Source of the DNA: Spirochaetia bacterium
GTDB taxonomy: Bacteria; Spirochaetota; Spirochaetia; UBA9216
DNA: 64,000 nucleotides
Assembly (NCBI GenBank): GCA_965140585.1
Contig: OZ223265.1
Location: 256,001 to 320,000 of the forward strand
Direction: 5' to 3'
Positions within the stretch are counted from its first letter, which is position 1. Each line of letters begins with the position of its first letter. The notes under the pieces were generated by a model. It was not told where the DNA came from. It saw nothing but the letters and a program-made list of their open reading frames with translations, and made no database searches. Below, piece after piece: positions 9,920 through 20,142 of the stretch. Position numbers and translations under genes: made by a program.

Positions 9920-10366
9920 TTAATCAAGCTTAGCTATCATATTTGAAACTCTTTTAACATGTCCGCTTTCCTGATTGAAAAGCATGGTAAAAAGATCAAC
10001 CACATCGGCTGAAAGATTGGTCATTGTCATTACCTGCCGGTAAAAATCTCTTGTATGCTCTTCGCGTTCAAGAGCTACCCCGAGTATGCTCCGGGCATCG
10101 GCTCCGTCAGGTATAACCCGGTTCTGAATCAGCCTCTCAAGGCTTTCATGATCAAAACCAGCCGCATCGCCGTCAGGTGTTGAATCAAGGATATTTGAAA
10201 GCCTTGATTCATGCTTAACCTCTTCCGCTTCAAGCTGAAGCAGAAGTTCCTTCACCGGTTCATTAACCTCCAGTGAAGCTGCCTTTCCATAGAAAAGCAT
10301 ACTCTCATGTTCAATTTTAATTGAATATTTGAGGATATCAGAAATCTTCATATCTCCTGTACTCAT
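9920..10366 (-). CDS. Ferritin-like/rubrerythrin di-iron domain protein
   Basis: IEHESMLFY, EEVKH, REEHTRDFY, QESGH paired ExxH pattern; start moved to ATG 10366 behind AGGAG. Confidence 0.8.
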   Translation of the reverse strand: MSTGDMKISDILKYSIKIEHESMLFYGKAASLEVNEPVKELLLQLEAEEVKHESRLSNILDSTPDGDAAGFDHESLERLIQNRVIPDGADARSILGVALEREEHTRDFYRQVMTMTNLSADVVDLFTMLFNQESGHVKRVSNMIAKLD

Positions 10367-10475
10367 ACTAATTACTACTCCTTTAAACAGCCTGCCACCA
10401 GGGCAGGATTCAAGCGTGAAGTTTGACAGCAAGGCTTCTCAAACTTCAAAAAGATAAAATTCCAAGGATGTGATT

Positions 10476-12320
10476 CTATCTTTCCTTTCCCGTCAGGTAA
10501 CGATCAATACCCACCGCTGCAAGATGACCTGTAGCAATTCCCGTAATTACATCCGGACCCTTAACGATGTCTCCGCCGGAAAACAGCCAGGGTTCTTCTT
10601 TTACCTGGTAATCAGGATCTGTGACAATCTGTCTTCTTGGACTGAATTTAATATTCTCTTTCAAACCGTCCGAAATGTATTCAAGATTTGCAGCCTGACC
10701 GATTGATTCAACGATCATATCAGCCTCATAGAAGTTCTTGTCATCCATATCAAGCTTTGGATTGAACCTTCCCTCATCATCAAATATTGAAAGACATTTT
10801 GCGACTTCAAGACCCTTAACATTCTCAGAATCAGTTATTTGAATTCCTATCGGACCGTAACCGGGTGTTATAACAGCTCCCTCTTCACGTGCTTCAATAA
10901 CTTCTTCATCATCAGCGGGCATTGCATCTACGGGTTCAAGACATGTTGCAGTTACATCAACCTTTCCGTATTTCTGCTTCTGAATTCGCGCCAGTGAACG
11001 GGTAATATCCATAGCAACATTACCGCCGCCAATTACAACAATCTTTTCAGGTACATAAATTTCTTCACCGAGGGTGATCTTCCGGAGCAGGTCGATGGAC
11101 TGAAATACCTTCTTGTGATCGGAATTTTCAAGCATTGTCGACCGTCCGAGATGCAGACCGGTTCCGGCGAATACAGCATCAAAATCATTTTTCAGTTTCT
11201 CAAGTGTAATATCAGTTCCGACTCTGCAGTTTGTTTTTAGGTCAACGCCAAGGGAAAGAATATAATTTACATCCTTATCTATCTGATCATAGGGAAGCCT
11301 GTACTCGGGAATACCATAACGCATCATACCGCCGGCCTCGGGCAGAGCTTCAAATATTGTTACCTCATAACCCATTGTCGAAAGGTAGTGGGCAGCCGAT
11401 AGACCGGAAGGACCGGCGCCTATAACTGCAACCTTTTTCCCGTTTTTTATGATCTTATCGGTGCCGAGTATTTCCCTGTATTTTTCAGCAGGTACATTAT
11501 CCGCAATATATCGTTTAAGCCATCGTATTGAAATAGCATCGCCCTTGTTTCCAATTGAGCAGACTGTCTCGCATTTGTGCGTACAGATTCGTCCACAAAC
11601 CTCAGGGAGGGGGTTTGTTTCATAAAGGATGCGCAGGCCCTCCTCCAGATCATCCTCGCGAATAGCATTGATATAAGCCGGAATCCCCATATGTGCAGGA
11701 CATGTTGCAGTACAGATGCCGCATTCAACACAGCGATCGGCCTCCTTGAGAGCCTGTTCCTTGGAGTAGCCCTTCATCATTTCAATAAAGGAACTTCCCC
11801 GCTGGTCGGCGTTAAGATGATCCATCGGAACTCTTTCAGGCGGTGTAAGATCATAGTTATCGGGCTTTCTGTAGCCTTCCTCTACCCTGTCCCAGTATTT
11901 ATCTTCAGCACCCGCAACAAAGCGGTAGTCATCGGGACTGCCGAACTTATCACGGTCTATTGCCTCATCGGCATTTTCACCCTCAACCGACCACCGGAAA
12001 CGGTTTGACATCCGCAGGGAATTAGTCGTACAGATGTCTACACACAAAGCGCACCAGCAGCATCGGCCGTAGTCAATTCTGGGTCGAAGCCCGCTGTCAC
12101 CAGGTTTGGCTTCTATTCCCTCAACCGGGACCAGATCTATTGCGGCATTCTGGCAGATTTCTTCACAGGTGCCGCAGCCGATGCATTTATCTATATCATT
12201 TATATGAAACCCGCGGTACCTTTCAGATCCTTCATTGGAATGGGGATCCTTCATGGTGACCGGTTCCTTGACAATATTCTTCCACACCGTAAACGGGTAT
12301 AGTACGTCTTTCCAACTCAT
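10476..12320 (-). CDS. NuoI/MbxN-like ferredoxin subunit fused to GltD/NfnB-like FAD/NAD(P)H oxidoreductase
   Basis: RYRGFH, CIGCGTCEEIC, CCWCALCVDIC; then EADRCVEC, CGRICTHKCE, GAGPSG, GGMMRYGIPEYRLP, GGGNVAMD. Confidence 0.9.
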   Translation of the reverse strand: MSWKDVLYPFTVWKNIVKEPVTMKDPHSNEGSERYRGFHINDIDKCIGCGTCEEICQNAAIDLVPVEGIEAKPGDSGLRPRIDYGRCCWCALCVDICTTNSLRMSNRFRWSVEGENADEAIDRDKFGSPDDYRFVAGAEDKYWDRVEEGYRKPDNYDLTPPERVPMDHLNADQRGSSFIEMMKGYSKEQALKEADRCVECGICTATCPAHMGIPAYINAIREDDLEEGLRILYETNPLPEVCGRICTHKCETVCSIGNKGDAISIRWLKRYIADNVPAEKYREILGTDKIIKNGKKVAVIGAGPSGLSAAHYLSTMGYEVTIFEALPEAGGMMRYGIPEYRLPYDQIDKDVNYILSLGVDLKTNCRVGTDITLEKLKNDFDAVFAGTGLHLGRSTMLENSDHKKVFQSIDLLRKITLGEEIYVPEKIVVIGGGNVAMDITRSLARIQKQKYGKVDVTATCLEPVDAMPADDEEVIEAREEGAVITPGYGPIGIQITDSENVKGLEVAKCLSIFDDEGRFNPKLDMDDKNFYEADMIVESIGQAANLEYISDGLKENIKFSPRRQIVTDPDYQVKEEPWLFSGGDIVKGPDVITGIATGHLAAVGIDRYLTGKER

Positions 12321-12323
12321 GAT

Positions 12324-13505
12324 TTACCTCTCTACCTCAGGCGGATATGTGTGCAGCGAAACCAGGGTTCCGGCAACATCGGCTAAATTGCAGTTAACAA
12401 GCATTTTCTCGGCAAGTGTAACCGCGTGGGTATAGGATGGGCCTCTTACATTTACACGTCTGGGATATCCTGAGCCGTCTGTGACAATATAGTAACCGTA
12501 TTCGCCGCGGGTACATTCCGCATTTACATAAGCTTCTCCGGCAGGAATCTTCCAGTGAAGGACACTGGGCATATCTGCCTTGAAAGTCCCTGTCTCCGGA
12601 GTTGAATCAAGGATCTGCTTTATAAGATCGATTGTCATCATGCAGTCGCGCCATCTGAGCCTGGCCCTTGCATACACATCAGAATCAGTTTCTATTACAG
12701 GTTCAAAATCAAGCTCCGGATACTTCAGGTAGGGATAGTCCTTGCGGATATCCTTCGGGATGCCGGCGCCTCTTGCGTTAGGTCCGGTTATTCCCCATTC
12801 ATCCACCCAGTCGGGATTGATATATCCAAGGCCTTTAGCCCTCTTTTTGAATACAGAGTTATTGAACACTACCCTCTCATAATCCTTCAGAAGCGGCACA
12901 ATCTCATCCAGTACTTCAAGCATTCTCTGCTTGAAGCCCTTTGTAAGGTTGTCCCGTACTCCGCCGGGGATGATGAAGATATGGTAGATTCGGCCGCCTG
13001 TGAGCTCTTCAAACATCTGAAGTACACGGTCCCTGCTGTAAAGCATCCACTGGCTGGGGATTCCCATACCGAAGGAGCCCACCTGGCCGCTTAACCACAT
13101 TAGGTAGGACTGAAGCCTTGCCATTTCAAGAATCAGGGTACGAATCCATAGAGCGTTCTCGGGTATTTCAATACCGGCAAGTTCTTCAAGGGCTGCGGCG
13201 TAGCAGTATTCGTTGAAATCAGGTTCAGGAACACAGACCCTGCATACAAGCGGAAAGTTGTTGATGAAGCGTCTGCGCTCCATCAGCTTTTCAAAGCCGC
13301 GGTGCAGGTAGCCCACATGGGTCTTGGATTCCATTACCTCATCGCCCAGAACTGTAAGCTCAAGCGACATGTTTCCCGTAATTCCGGGATGGTTAGGCCC
13401 CTGCCAGATCTTCGTATATTTTCCGCTGGAGAGATCTATGTCTACAGTTCCGTCACTGCGGGTTTCGGGAAAAAGTTCCCTGTTTTTTACACCAAAATTC
13501 AGCAT
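12324..13505 (-). CDS. mbxL: NuoD-like MBX/MBS subunit L (no NiFe site)
   Basis: GPNHPG, GYLHRGFEKL, RVCVPE in place of RxCxxC, C-terminal HTYPPEVER in place of DPCxxC. Confidence 0.85.
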   Translation of the reverse strand: MLNFGVKNRELFPETRSDGTVDIDLSSGKYTKIWQGPNHPGITGNMSLELTVLGDEVMESKTHVGYLHRGFEKLMERRRFINNFPLVCRVCVPEPDFNEYCYAAALEELAGIEIPENALWIRTLILEMARLQSYLMWLSGQVGSFGMGIPSQWMLYSRDRVLQMFEELTGGRIYHIFIIPGGVRDNLTKGFKQRMLEVLDEIVPLLKDYERVVFNNSVFKKRAKGLGYINPDWVDEWGITGPNARGAGIPKDIRKDYPYLKYPELDFEPVIETDSDVYARARLRWRDCMMTIDLIKQILDSTPETGTFKADMPSVLHWKIPAGEAYVNAECTRGEYGYYIVTDGSGYPRRVNVRGPSYTHAVTLAEKMLVNCNLADVAGTLVSLHTYPPEVER

Positions 13506-14098
13506 TACACCCCTCCTGAAGAATTCTTTGAATTCTTCAGAGAAAAGCCGTCAGGCTTTTCTCCTTCATGAGGATACATCTTTTCTTTCATGTACCCGGC
13601 AGGATCATTTGTGCCCCGGCCTTCTCTTGGAAAGTACGTTTCCTCCGAATACCTCTTTGTGTCGAAGTCTCTACGGTACGGAGGTATATCATCCCAGTAT
13701 TCAAGAATGAGAGGCTCGTTTATTTCAGGGCTGTTCGGAAAGTCGATGCCGAACATTTCATGCAGCTCCCTCTGATAGGTTTTCGCCGCCGGCCAGAGGT
13801 GGTGGGCTGTAAACATTTCTGATTCTTCCGGCCAGACTGAGCGCTCAATAAAAGTGCGGACGCCAAGCCTTGTTTTATCAGACGGATTGTTCAGCAGATA
13901 GGTCAGCTGGAAGCGGTTATCCTCTATCCAGTCAACTGCTGTTATCAGTATCAGATGTGTAAAGCCTTCCCTTGTTTTCAGGTATTCAAGCAGACTGACT
14001 GTATCCTTCTTTTCGCATGTCAGATACCAGCCGTGTGCCGATGTTACGTCTGACAGGGGAAAATGCTTTTTAATATTATCAATTACCTTTTCCATCAT
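13505..14098 (-). CDS. mbxK: NuoC-like MBX subunit K
   Basis: TAVDW, YQRELHEMFGIDF, PPYRRDF; operon position. Confidence 0.85.
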   Translation of the reverse strand: MMEKVIDNIKKHFPLSDVTSAHGWYLTCEKKDTVSLLEYLKTREGFTHLILITAVDWIEDNRFQLTYLLNNPSDKTRLGVRTFIERSVWPEESEMFTAHHLWPAAKTYQRELHEMFGIDFPNSPEINEPLILEYWDDIPPYRRDFDTKRYSEETYFPREGRGTNDPAGYMKEKMYPHEGEKPDGFSLKNSKNSSGGV

Positions 14099-14103
14099 TC
14101 CCC

Positions 14104-14769
14104 CTACCAGTTATAGTCAGGCATATCCCAGTCTTTGATTATCTTTTTCTGGTTTGCCTTATACCATTCAAAATTTTCAGCGTACTTGTTCGCACCCTCA
14201 CCACGGCCTTCCTTGATTCGCATCTTCAGAGATTCAAAGGCATCAAGCAAAGCTTCAGGCCTGGGCATGCATCCGGTTACATAGACATCAACCGGAATGT
14301 AATGATCGAGCCTGTTTATTGTATTGTAACTGTCCCAGTACATTCCGCCGTTTATTGTACAGCTGCATACGGCAACAACCCACTTGGGGCCCTGCATCTG
14401 CTCATAGCTGCGGACAATTCGCTTGATAGTCTTAACCGATGCGTAACCGCCAATAAGGAATACGGTTGACTGCCTGGGAGTCGGACGCCAGTGAATACCG
14501 AATCGGAAGGCGTCGTACATCGGACTCATAAGGGGACGCATTTCAATCGCGCCGCAGCCTGTTCCGAATCCGAGTATGTAGATAGACTCGGCACGGCACC
14601 AGTTTGCAAATTTTTCAAGCGGAGTAATCGGGTTGGGTTTGTGGACCTTCGGTTTTGCATCCGCAAAATAATCTTTATATGGATCAACCTCAAACTGCTC
14701 GCCGTCAGGAGAGGTAACCATTCGTTTTTCAAGATCTGCCGATCTTTTTCCATAGTTCATCTTTGCCAT
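14104..14769 (-). CDS. mbxJ: NuoB-like MBX subunit J ([4Fe-4S])
   Basis: GTGCGAIE, TPRQS, YEQMQGPKWV, CSCTINGG, PVDVYVTGCMPRPE. Confidence 0.88.
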   Translation of the reverse strand: MAKMNYGKRSADLEKRMVTSPDGEQFEVDPYKDYFADAKPKVHKPNPITPLEKFANWCRAESIYILGFGTGCGAIEMRPLMSPMYDAFRFGIHWRPTPRQSTVFLIGGYASVKTIKRIVRSYEQMQGPKWVVAVCSCTINGGMYWDSYNTINRLDHYIPVDVYVTGCMPRPEALLDAFESLKMRIKEGRGEGANKYAENFEWYKANQKKIIKDWDMPDYNW

Positions 14770-14770
14770 A

Positions 14771-15715
14771 TCAATAGTACCTTATGTATACGAGGATAAT
14801 TGAGATTAATCCGATAATCAGCGGATACTTTATAAACCACCGGATGCTCTGATCCACCCGGAATCTCGGAAATGACAGCCCGACAAAAACCGACCACATA
14901 TACAATAGAAATGTTTTAAGGAAGAACACAACAAATGTAAGAAACCAGTTATTGTAAAGGGCAACGCCGCCGAAGAAAAAGTTCACATACAGAACAGTCT
15001 TTGCAACCGGAAAAATAGTCCTGTTGGTCATCAGCATTGCAAGAAAGTGCGACTGCATTTCGGTAGGCGGTCCGATTGGTATTTCCTGCGGCGCAATTAC
15101 GATATCAAAAGGAGACCGCATCATTGATCCGAGAAACCCAAGCATTGCCGCGGCGACTGCAACGGGATTTGTGAACAGCGTCCAGTTGAGAAAGCTTCCC
15201 TGCTGTGCGGCTACTATTTCAGTGATATTAAGCGTTCCGTACTGGACCGCCATTGAGTAGACAGCCATGATAAGCGGAATCTCTGCGGCAGTAACCTGGG
15301 CAAGGCCGCGGCTTACCGCAATCATTGAATACGGGTGACCTGCTTCGGCTCCGCCAAGTGCCATTCCCAGAGTCCCCAGGAAGATAAAATAGGATATGAG
15401 AACCAGATCGCCTGAGAACGAGAATGATGAAAACAGCGGCGCACCGTAGATCAGCGGAATAAAAAGCAGTATGCCTGCTCCGCCGACGAAGCGGAATACC
15501 GGGGCGATGTAGAACATAACTCCGTGTGAAACTGATGATCGGGTAGCCCACTGTCTTATGATGTTTATAAACGGCTGGTAAATCCTGATGCCGCGGCGTT
15601 TACCAACCCTTGCATATATCTTTCCTATAATTCCCTGCAGAACAAGTCCGTAAATTATCAACAGAAAGATGGTTACAAGTGCATATAGAATTTTTATGTA
15701 TTCAAATTCACCCAT
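14771..15715 (-). CDS. mbxM: NuoH-like MBX membrane subunit M
   Basis: KIYARVGKRRG..YQPF, PFDIVIAPQEI, FPRFRVDQ. Confidence 0.88.
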   Translation of the reverse strand: MGEFEYIKILYALVTIFLLIIYGLVLQGIIGKIYARVGKRRGIRIYQPFINIIRQWATRSSVSHGVMFYIAPVFRFVGGAGILLFIPLIYGAPLFSSFSFSGDLVLISYFIFLGTLGMALGGAEAGHPYSMIAVSRGLAQVTAAEIPLIMAVYSMAVQYGTLNITEIVAAQQGSFLNWTLFTNPVAVAAAMLGFLGSMMRSPFDIVIAPQEIPIGPPTEMQSHFLAMLMTNRTIFPVAKTVLYVNFFFGGVALYNNWFLTFVVFFLKTFLLYMWSVFVGLSFPRFRVDQSIRWFIKYPLIIGLISIILVYIRYY

Positions 15716-18700
15716 CTAAAAACCTCCATTGTCAAGCAGATAGCAGATGACTACAAACAGCAGCATCTGAAGTAAATAGGTCTGCCCTTTGCCGGTGTAG
15801 ATTCTTCTGAAAAATCCGGATACCGCATGCAGCAGTTCGGAAATGGAGTTCCAGAATTTGGTAGTCAAAGGATATTCAAGAAAACCAACGGCCTTCCTGT
15901 AATGTGCAAACATATTGTATGCAAAATGTGTGGTTTCAGGACGGGCCGGACGTTCAGCAGCGTAGACGATATTAAACTGTTTAATTTGCTGATTGTGTCT
16001 GTTTGTAAGAAACAGTATCACGAAGAAAACCACAAACAGTCCTATGAATACCCACATTACCATCTGACCGTTCCAGTATCCGTAGTCTGAAATAGCAAGC
16101 GAACCGTTCCAGGTCAGAGCTCCTTCCGTATGGAAATCCATCAGGATTTCACCAATCGGTTTGAGAAATGATCCCGGGAAGAAAGACAGGTAGATAACTG
16201 CAAGAATCAGAATCAGCTGCGGAAGCACCAGAAAGAAAGGGGCTTCTTTAACTTTGCGGTGTTCATCCTTCAGCTGGCCGAGGAAAATAGTTGCAATAAG
16301 TCTGAAAAGGTAGAGGAAGGCAACCAGCCCTGCTATACCGGCAACTACACCCTGCAGCAGCCAGCCCTTCTCTATAACAGCATTGTATGTAAGCCAGCGT
16401 CCGCCGAATCCGGCAAGCGGAGGAATACCCGACAAAGCGATAATGCAGACAAGGACATTGAAGAAACTCAGGGGCATTCTTGTAATCAGTCCGCCCATCT
16501 GGTACATGTTTCTGGTTTTTACCCTGTAAACAACTCCGCCGATGGCAAGGAAGAGAACAACCTTGTAGATGAAGTGCACAAGCGAGAGTGACAGCGCACT
16601 CAGCCACCCGAGGTGGGACATCAGTGCGAGGCCGAAAAGGACATAACCCATCTGCCCTATACTCGAATAGGCCAGCATCCGCTTCGCATCCTCCTGCAGG
16701 GCAGCCATATAGTTTGCAACCAGAGCGGTTATTACACCGACCCAGCTTAATACGTATGGAATATTAACACGGCCGATTGCCTGTTCGCCGAAAGCGATGA
16801 AAGTCATAAGAAGCCCGAACACACCAGCTTTAAGCAGAATACCCGAGACCATCGGGGAAACATCTGTTTCCGCTTCGGCATGAGCTCCCGGCAGCCAGAT
16901 ATGAAGCCCCGCAGATGCCATCTTTGTCATAAATCCAACAGACAAAAGCAGCATCGTTATACCGGGTAAAGCTCCGGAGGCCGCCTTCGGAAGTATCGAC
17001 AGGGCAATCGATGAGGCCCCGGTTTGGGCGTATGAAAGCGCGAAACCGCTCATTATCAGATATGCACCGCCGAGCGAAAAGAGCATATAGCTTAAGGCAT
17101 GCGGTTTTGAATTCTTTCCTCTGAGTATGAGAAAGTATGAGCCGAGGGTCATAAGTTCCCAGAAAAAGAAGAATGAAAGCGTGTCTGCAGCTTCAATTAT
17201 TCCGACAAGACCTGCAAACATCATGCTCACAGACGGGTAAAAGCCCATACGGCGATCTTTTTTCATGAATCCCGGCAGCAGGGTTACCAGTGCTCCAATA
17301 ATGAAAATTCCTGCAAAAATCGAACGGTAGCCGCCGATTTCCATTAGCAGCGGATAGCCGTAATACGCTACCGCGGCAATGAGCAGAATGTTCTTAACAA
17401 TTGCAGGGAGAAAATCCAGCAGCATGAGAACAACTACAGCGGCAGGAAGTATCCAGTTAACTGTATTTCCGAAGGATGAATAATCAGCAGAAAAATAACC
17501 CAGAGCAAGCAGGGCTGCTGCACCTGCAAGAACAGGAACAGCTGTTCCGAACCTGAAATCAAGCTTATCATCTTCTGAATAATCATTCTTCACAGCATTG
17601 CCGAACCATCGCATCAGATAAACTGCTTCGATAAGGGCTCCGCCCAGAAGAATAAAAATCCATCCGTAATGACCTGAAGCTGCAAGCTTCATCACAAGTT
17701 CCCACTTGGCATAGAATGAGGGGAATGGAGGCAGCGCCAGAAGCGCTCCAACCGCAATCGCGAAAACAGCAATAAGAATATTGCGTTTGCGTATAATTCC
17801 CCATTCATCTGTGCCGGCTTTTCCGATTATACCCGAAAGCCAGAACAGGACAGCCTTGGCAATGGCATGAGTCACAAGAAGTGCGAGTACGATCATCATT
17901 CCGTTTTCAATATCAAAGAGATTGACCATGGCATAAACCATCACAACCATGCCTATCTGCGAAATTGATGAATAACCCAGAAGGCGTTTGGCATTTGTCT
18001 GTTTCAAAGCCAGGATGTTCATGCCTGCAAAGGTAAGAGCGCCGATGTAGAGCGACGCATTCAGAAAGGTGCCGCCGGAAAGTTGATTGATCTTGGTGTA
18101 CGCAAAGAACATCGCTGTGGCGGTTCCGCCTGCAAGCATTGCCCCGACAGGGCTTGCGGAAGCTTCATAGGCATCAAGTCCCCAGCCGTTTGCAGGAAAT
18201 GGTTTCAGTTCAATGACAATTCCAATAAAGAGCAGGAACATACCTATGTAGCAGGCTTTGACCAGCTCAAAACTGAACATTCCGCTGATTACATCGATGT
18301 TCAGCGAACCTGTACGGTAGTAAGTGAATATTATTCCAATCAGCATAAAACCGCTTGCAAGCGCACCTGCAATAACATATTTAAAGCCTGCACCCAGCTG
18401 CTTAATATCGCTGTTGAGAACAATCAGTCCCGCGGAGGCAATACTCACAATCTCAATGAAGACAAAGAGGTTGAAAAGGTCTCTTGTAAGTATTATTCCA
18501 TTCAGGCCCATTGCAAAAACAAGCAGAAGCATGAAGGTGAAAACCGATGATTTTCTATATTCACGTCCAATGTACATGGTACTCAGGAAAACAGCTGCAT
18601 TTACTATTAGCGTTAGAACCGCTTCTATTTTTCCCATATAAAGATTTATCGAAAGCGGAGGATTCATCCCGGCTGTAAAGATATTTATCTCTTCAACATT

Positions 18701-18862
18701 TCCGGCCAGGATTCCTATAGTCCACTGAGCGGAAACAGCAGTAATAGCCGCCGTTGCAATAAGAGCCAATGTCACATGAATTCCCGGTCCTGTTTTTCGG
18801 AACAATCCGATAATAAATGCGGCACCGAGGGTTATTACAATAATATAAATCGGATTTACCAT
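15716..18862 (-). CDS. mbxH: Fused double MrpD/NuoN-like antiporter subunit (MbxH + MbxH')
   Basis: 1048 aa with two repeats: DLFNLFVFIEI/KRLLGYSSISQIG and FFFFWELM/HIWLPGAHAEA/KRMLAYSSIGQMG. Confidence 0.85.
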   Translation of the reverse strand: MVNPIYIIVITLGAAFIIGLFRKTGPGIHVTLALIATAAITAVSAQWTIGILAGNVEEINIFTAGMNPPLSINLYMGKIEAVLTLIVNAAVFLSTMYIGREYRKSSVFTFMLLLVFAMGLNGIILTRDLFNLFVFIEIVSIASAGLIVLNSDIKQLGAGFKYVIAGALASGFMLIGIIFTYYRTGSLNIDVISGMFSFELVKACYIGMFLLFIGIVIELKPFPANGWGLDAYEASASPVGAMLAGGTATAMFFAYTKINQLSGGTFLNASLYIGALTFAGMNILALKQTNAKRLLGYSSISQIGMVVMVYAMVNLFDIENGMMIVLALLVTHAIAKAVLFWLSGIIGKAGTDEWGIIRKRNILIAVFAIAVGALLALPPFPSFYAKWELVMKLAASGHYGWIFILLGGALIEAVYLMRWFGNAVKNDYSEDDKLDFRFGTAVPVLAGAAALLALGYFSADYSSFGNTVNWILPAAVVVLMLLDFLPAIVKNILLIAAVAYYGYPLLMEIGGYRSIFAGIFIIGALVTLLPGFMKKDRRMGFYPSVSMMFAGLVGIIEAADTLSFFFFWELMTLGSYFLILRGKNSKPHALSYMLFSLGGAYLIMSGFALSYAQTGASSIALSILPKAASGALPGITMLLLSVGFMTKMASAGLHIWLPGAHAEAETDVSPMVSGILLKAGVFGLLMTFIAFGEQAIGRVNIPYVLSWVGVITALVANYMAALQEDAKRMLAYSSIGQMGYVLFGLALMSHLGWLSALSLSLVHFIYKVVLFLAIGGVVYRVKTRNMYQMGGLITRMPLSFFNVLVCIIALSGIPPLAGFGGRWLTYNAVIEKGWLLQGVVAGIAGLVAFLYLFRLIATIFLGQLKDEHRKVKEAPFFLVLPQLILILAVIYLSFFPGSFLKPIGEILMDFHTEGALTWNGSLAISDYGYWNGQMVMWVFIGLFVVFFVILFLTNRHNQQIKQFNIVYAAERPARPETTHFAYNMFAHYRKAVGFLEYPLTTKFWNSISELLHAVSGFFRRIYTGKGQTYLLQMLLFVVICYLLDNGGF

Positions 18863-19206
18863 TTGAGCTCCTCGAACCTGTCTATTTCAAGACTTCCCTT
18901 TTTGTTGTACATACTCACCGCATATGTAAGCATAAAGGCTGTGATTCCAAGACCGATAACAATTGCCGTAAGAACCAGAGCCTGCGGAACCGGGTCGACA
19001 TATTCGGTACCGATTTCCGAGAGACTCGATATAATTGGAGCAGTACCTCCGGTTACATACCCGGCACTTATCATTATCAGGTGAATTCCGACATCAAATA
19101 TTGTGAATCCTACTGTTATGCGAATAATATCCTTATTTGTAAGAACTCCCCACAATCCAATGAGAAACAGAAGAACTCCGGTCACAAGAGCTGTAGTACC
19201 TATCAT
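18856..19206 (-). CDS. mbxG: MrpC/MnhC-like subunit
   Basis: DPVPQALVLTAIVIG motif. Confidence 0.88.
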   Translation of the reverse strand: MIGTTALVTGVLLFLIGLWGVLTNKDIIRITVGFTIFDVGIHLIMISAGYVTGGTAPIISSLSEIGTEYVDPVPQALVLTAIVIGLGITAFMLTYAVSMYNKKGSLEIDRFEELKW

Positions 19207-19907
19207 TCCGCAGCCTCCTCTGTTGATTCGCCATTGAGAGTGACAACTACTGAACTCAGCTCAGAACCGACCTTAAGCCCTACAACAGAGTAGATCACAG
19301 GGATTAGACCTGCACTAAACAGGCTGCCGTAGGTTCCAAGCGGAATAAGTCTGTTGTCAAGAAAGCCGTTCACAATCAGCAGTGCGCCGGCAGCACCTAT
19401 TGCAACATAGGCAAGGCCGGAAAGCGATTCAATCACAGACATAACAGTATGTCCGGTCTTCCGGTTAGGTTCTGCAAGAACCCTGAGAACTATTGCCGAG
19501 GCAATAATTGCACCGCCCTGGAAACCTCCGCCCGGACTGAGATGACCGTTTATAAAGACATATATTCCAAACATAAGGAGAAGCGGAAAAAGGAGTCTTG
19601 AAGCGGTTTTCAGCAGTTCACTCCCCTCCCTTCTTCTGCGGTTCTCATTTTTATTCAGATGAATAAGAAGACCGACAACAGTTGAAGCGGCAAAAAGAAT
19701 GGTTACCTCGCCAAGAGTATCAAGTCCGCGGTAGGTAACAACTACGGAAGTCACAATATTTGCAGAGCCAAGTTCTTCAGGACCTTCCGTGAGATAATGA
19801 GAAGAAACCGCCGGCAGCTCGGATTTTTCCGAATACTGCAGCACAAATCCTGAGAGTATGACAGCCACAGCGACAATCAATAAAAGAATAAAACCCTTTC
19901 TAACCAT
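19203..19907 (-). CDS. MrpB/MnhB-like subunit (MbxE/F)
   Basis: NIVTSVVVTYRGLDTLGE, GHLSPGGGFQGG. Confidence 0.9.
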   Translation of the reverse strand: MVRKGFILLLIVAVAVILSGFVLQYSEKSELPAVSSHYLTEGPEELGSANIVTSVVVTYRGLDTLGEVTILFAASTVVGLLIHLNKNENRRRREGSELLKTASRLLFPLLLMFGIYVFINGHLSPGGGFQGGAIIASAIVLRVLAEPNRKTGHTVMSVIESLSGLAYVAIGAAGALLIVNGFLDNRLIPLGTYGSLFSAGLIPVIYSVVGLKVGSELSSVVVTLNGESTEEAAE

Positions 19908-20142
19908 CGTTGCGCCCCCTTATTTTTTTCAGGGCGAAAAAGAATATAAAGGTTGTAAGACCGCTTCCTATGGCGGCCTCGGTCATCGCAACATCTGGCG
20001 CTGCCATTATAATGAATAGAATTGCAGCAAACAGACCGACAGCTCCCGCAGCAAGTATTGCTACTATTCTGTCTTTAACAATAACCGCGGTGAGAGCGGT
20101 AATAATCGTCATAGCTGCAATGACGATGAAAATTATATTCAT
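19900..20142 (-). CDS. mbxD: MbxD-like small membrane subunit (DUF4040)
   Basis: APDVAMTEAAIGSGL motif. Confidence 0.85.
   Translation of the reverse strand: MNIIFIVIAAMTIITALTAVIVKDRIVAILAAGAVGLFAAILFIIMAAPDVAMTEAAIGSGLTTFIFFFALKKIRGRNDG

Noticed and set aside
12324-13505. Group 4 NiFe hydrogenase or canonical NuoD
   Set aside because: Both NiFe CxxC motifs absent; no NuoEFG; gene order is MBX-like
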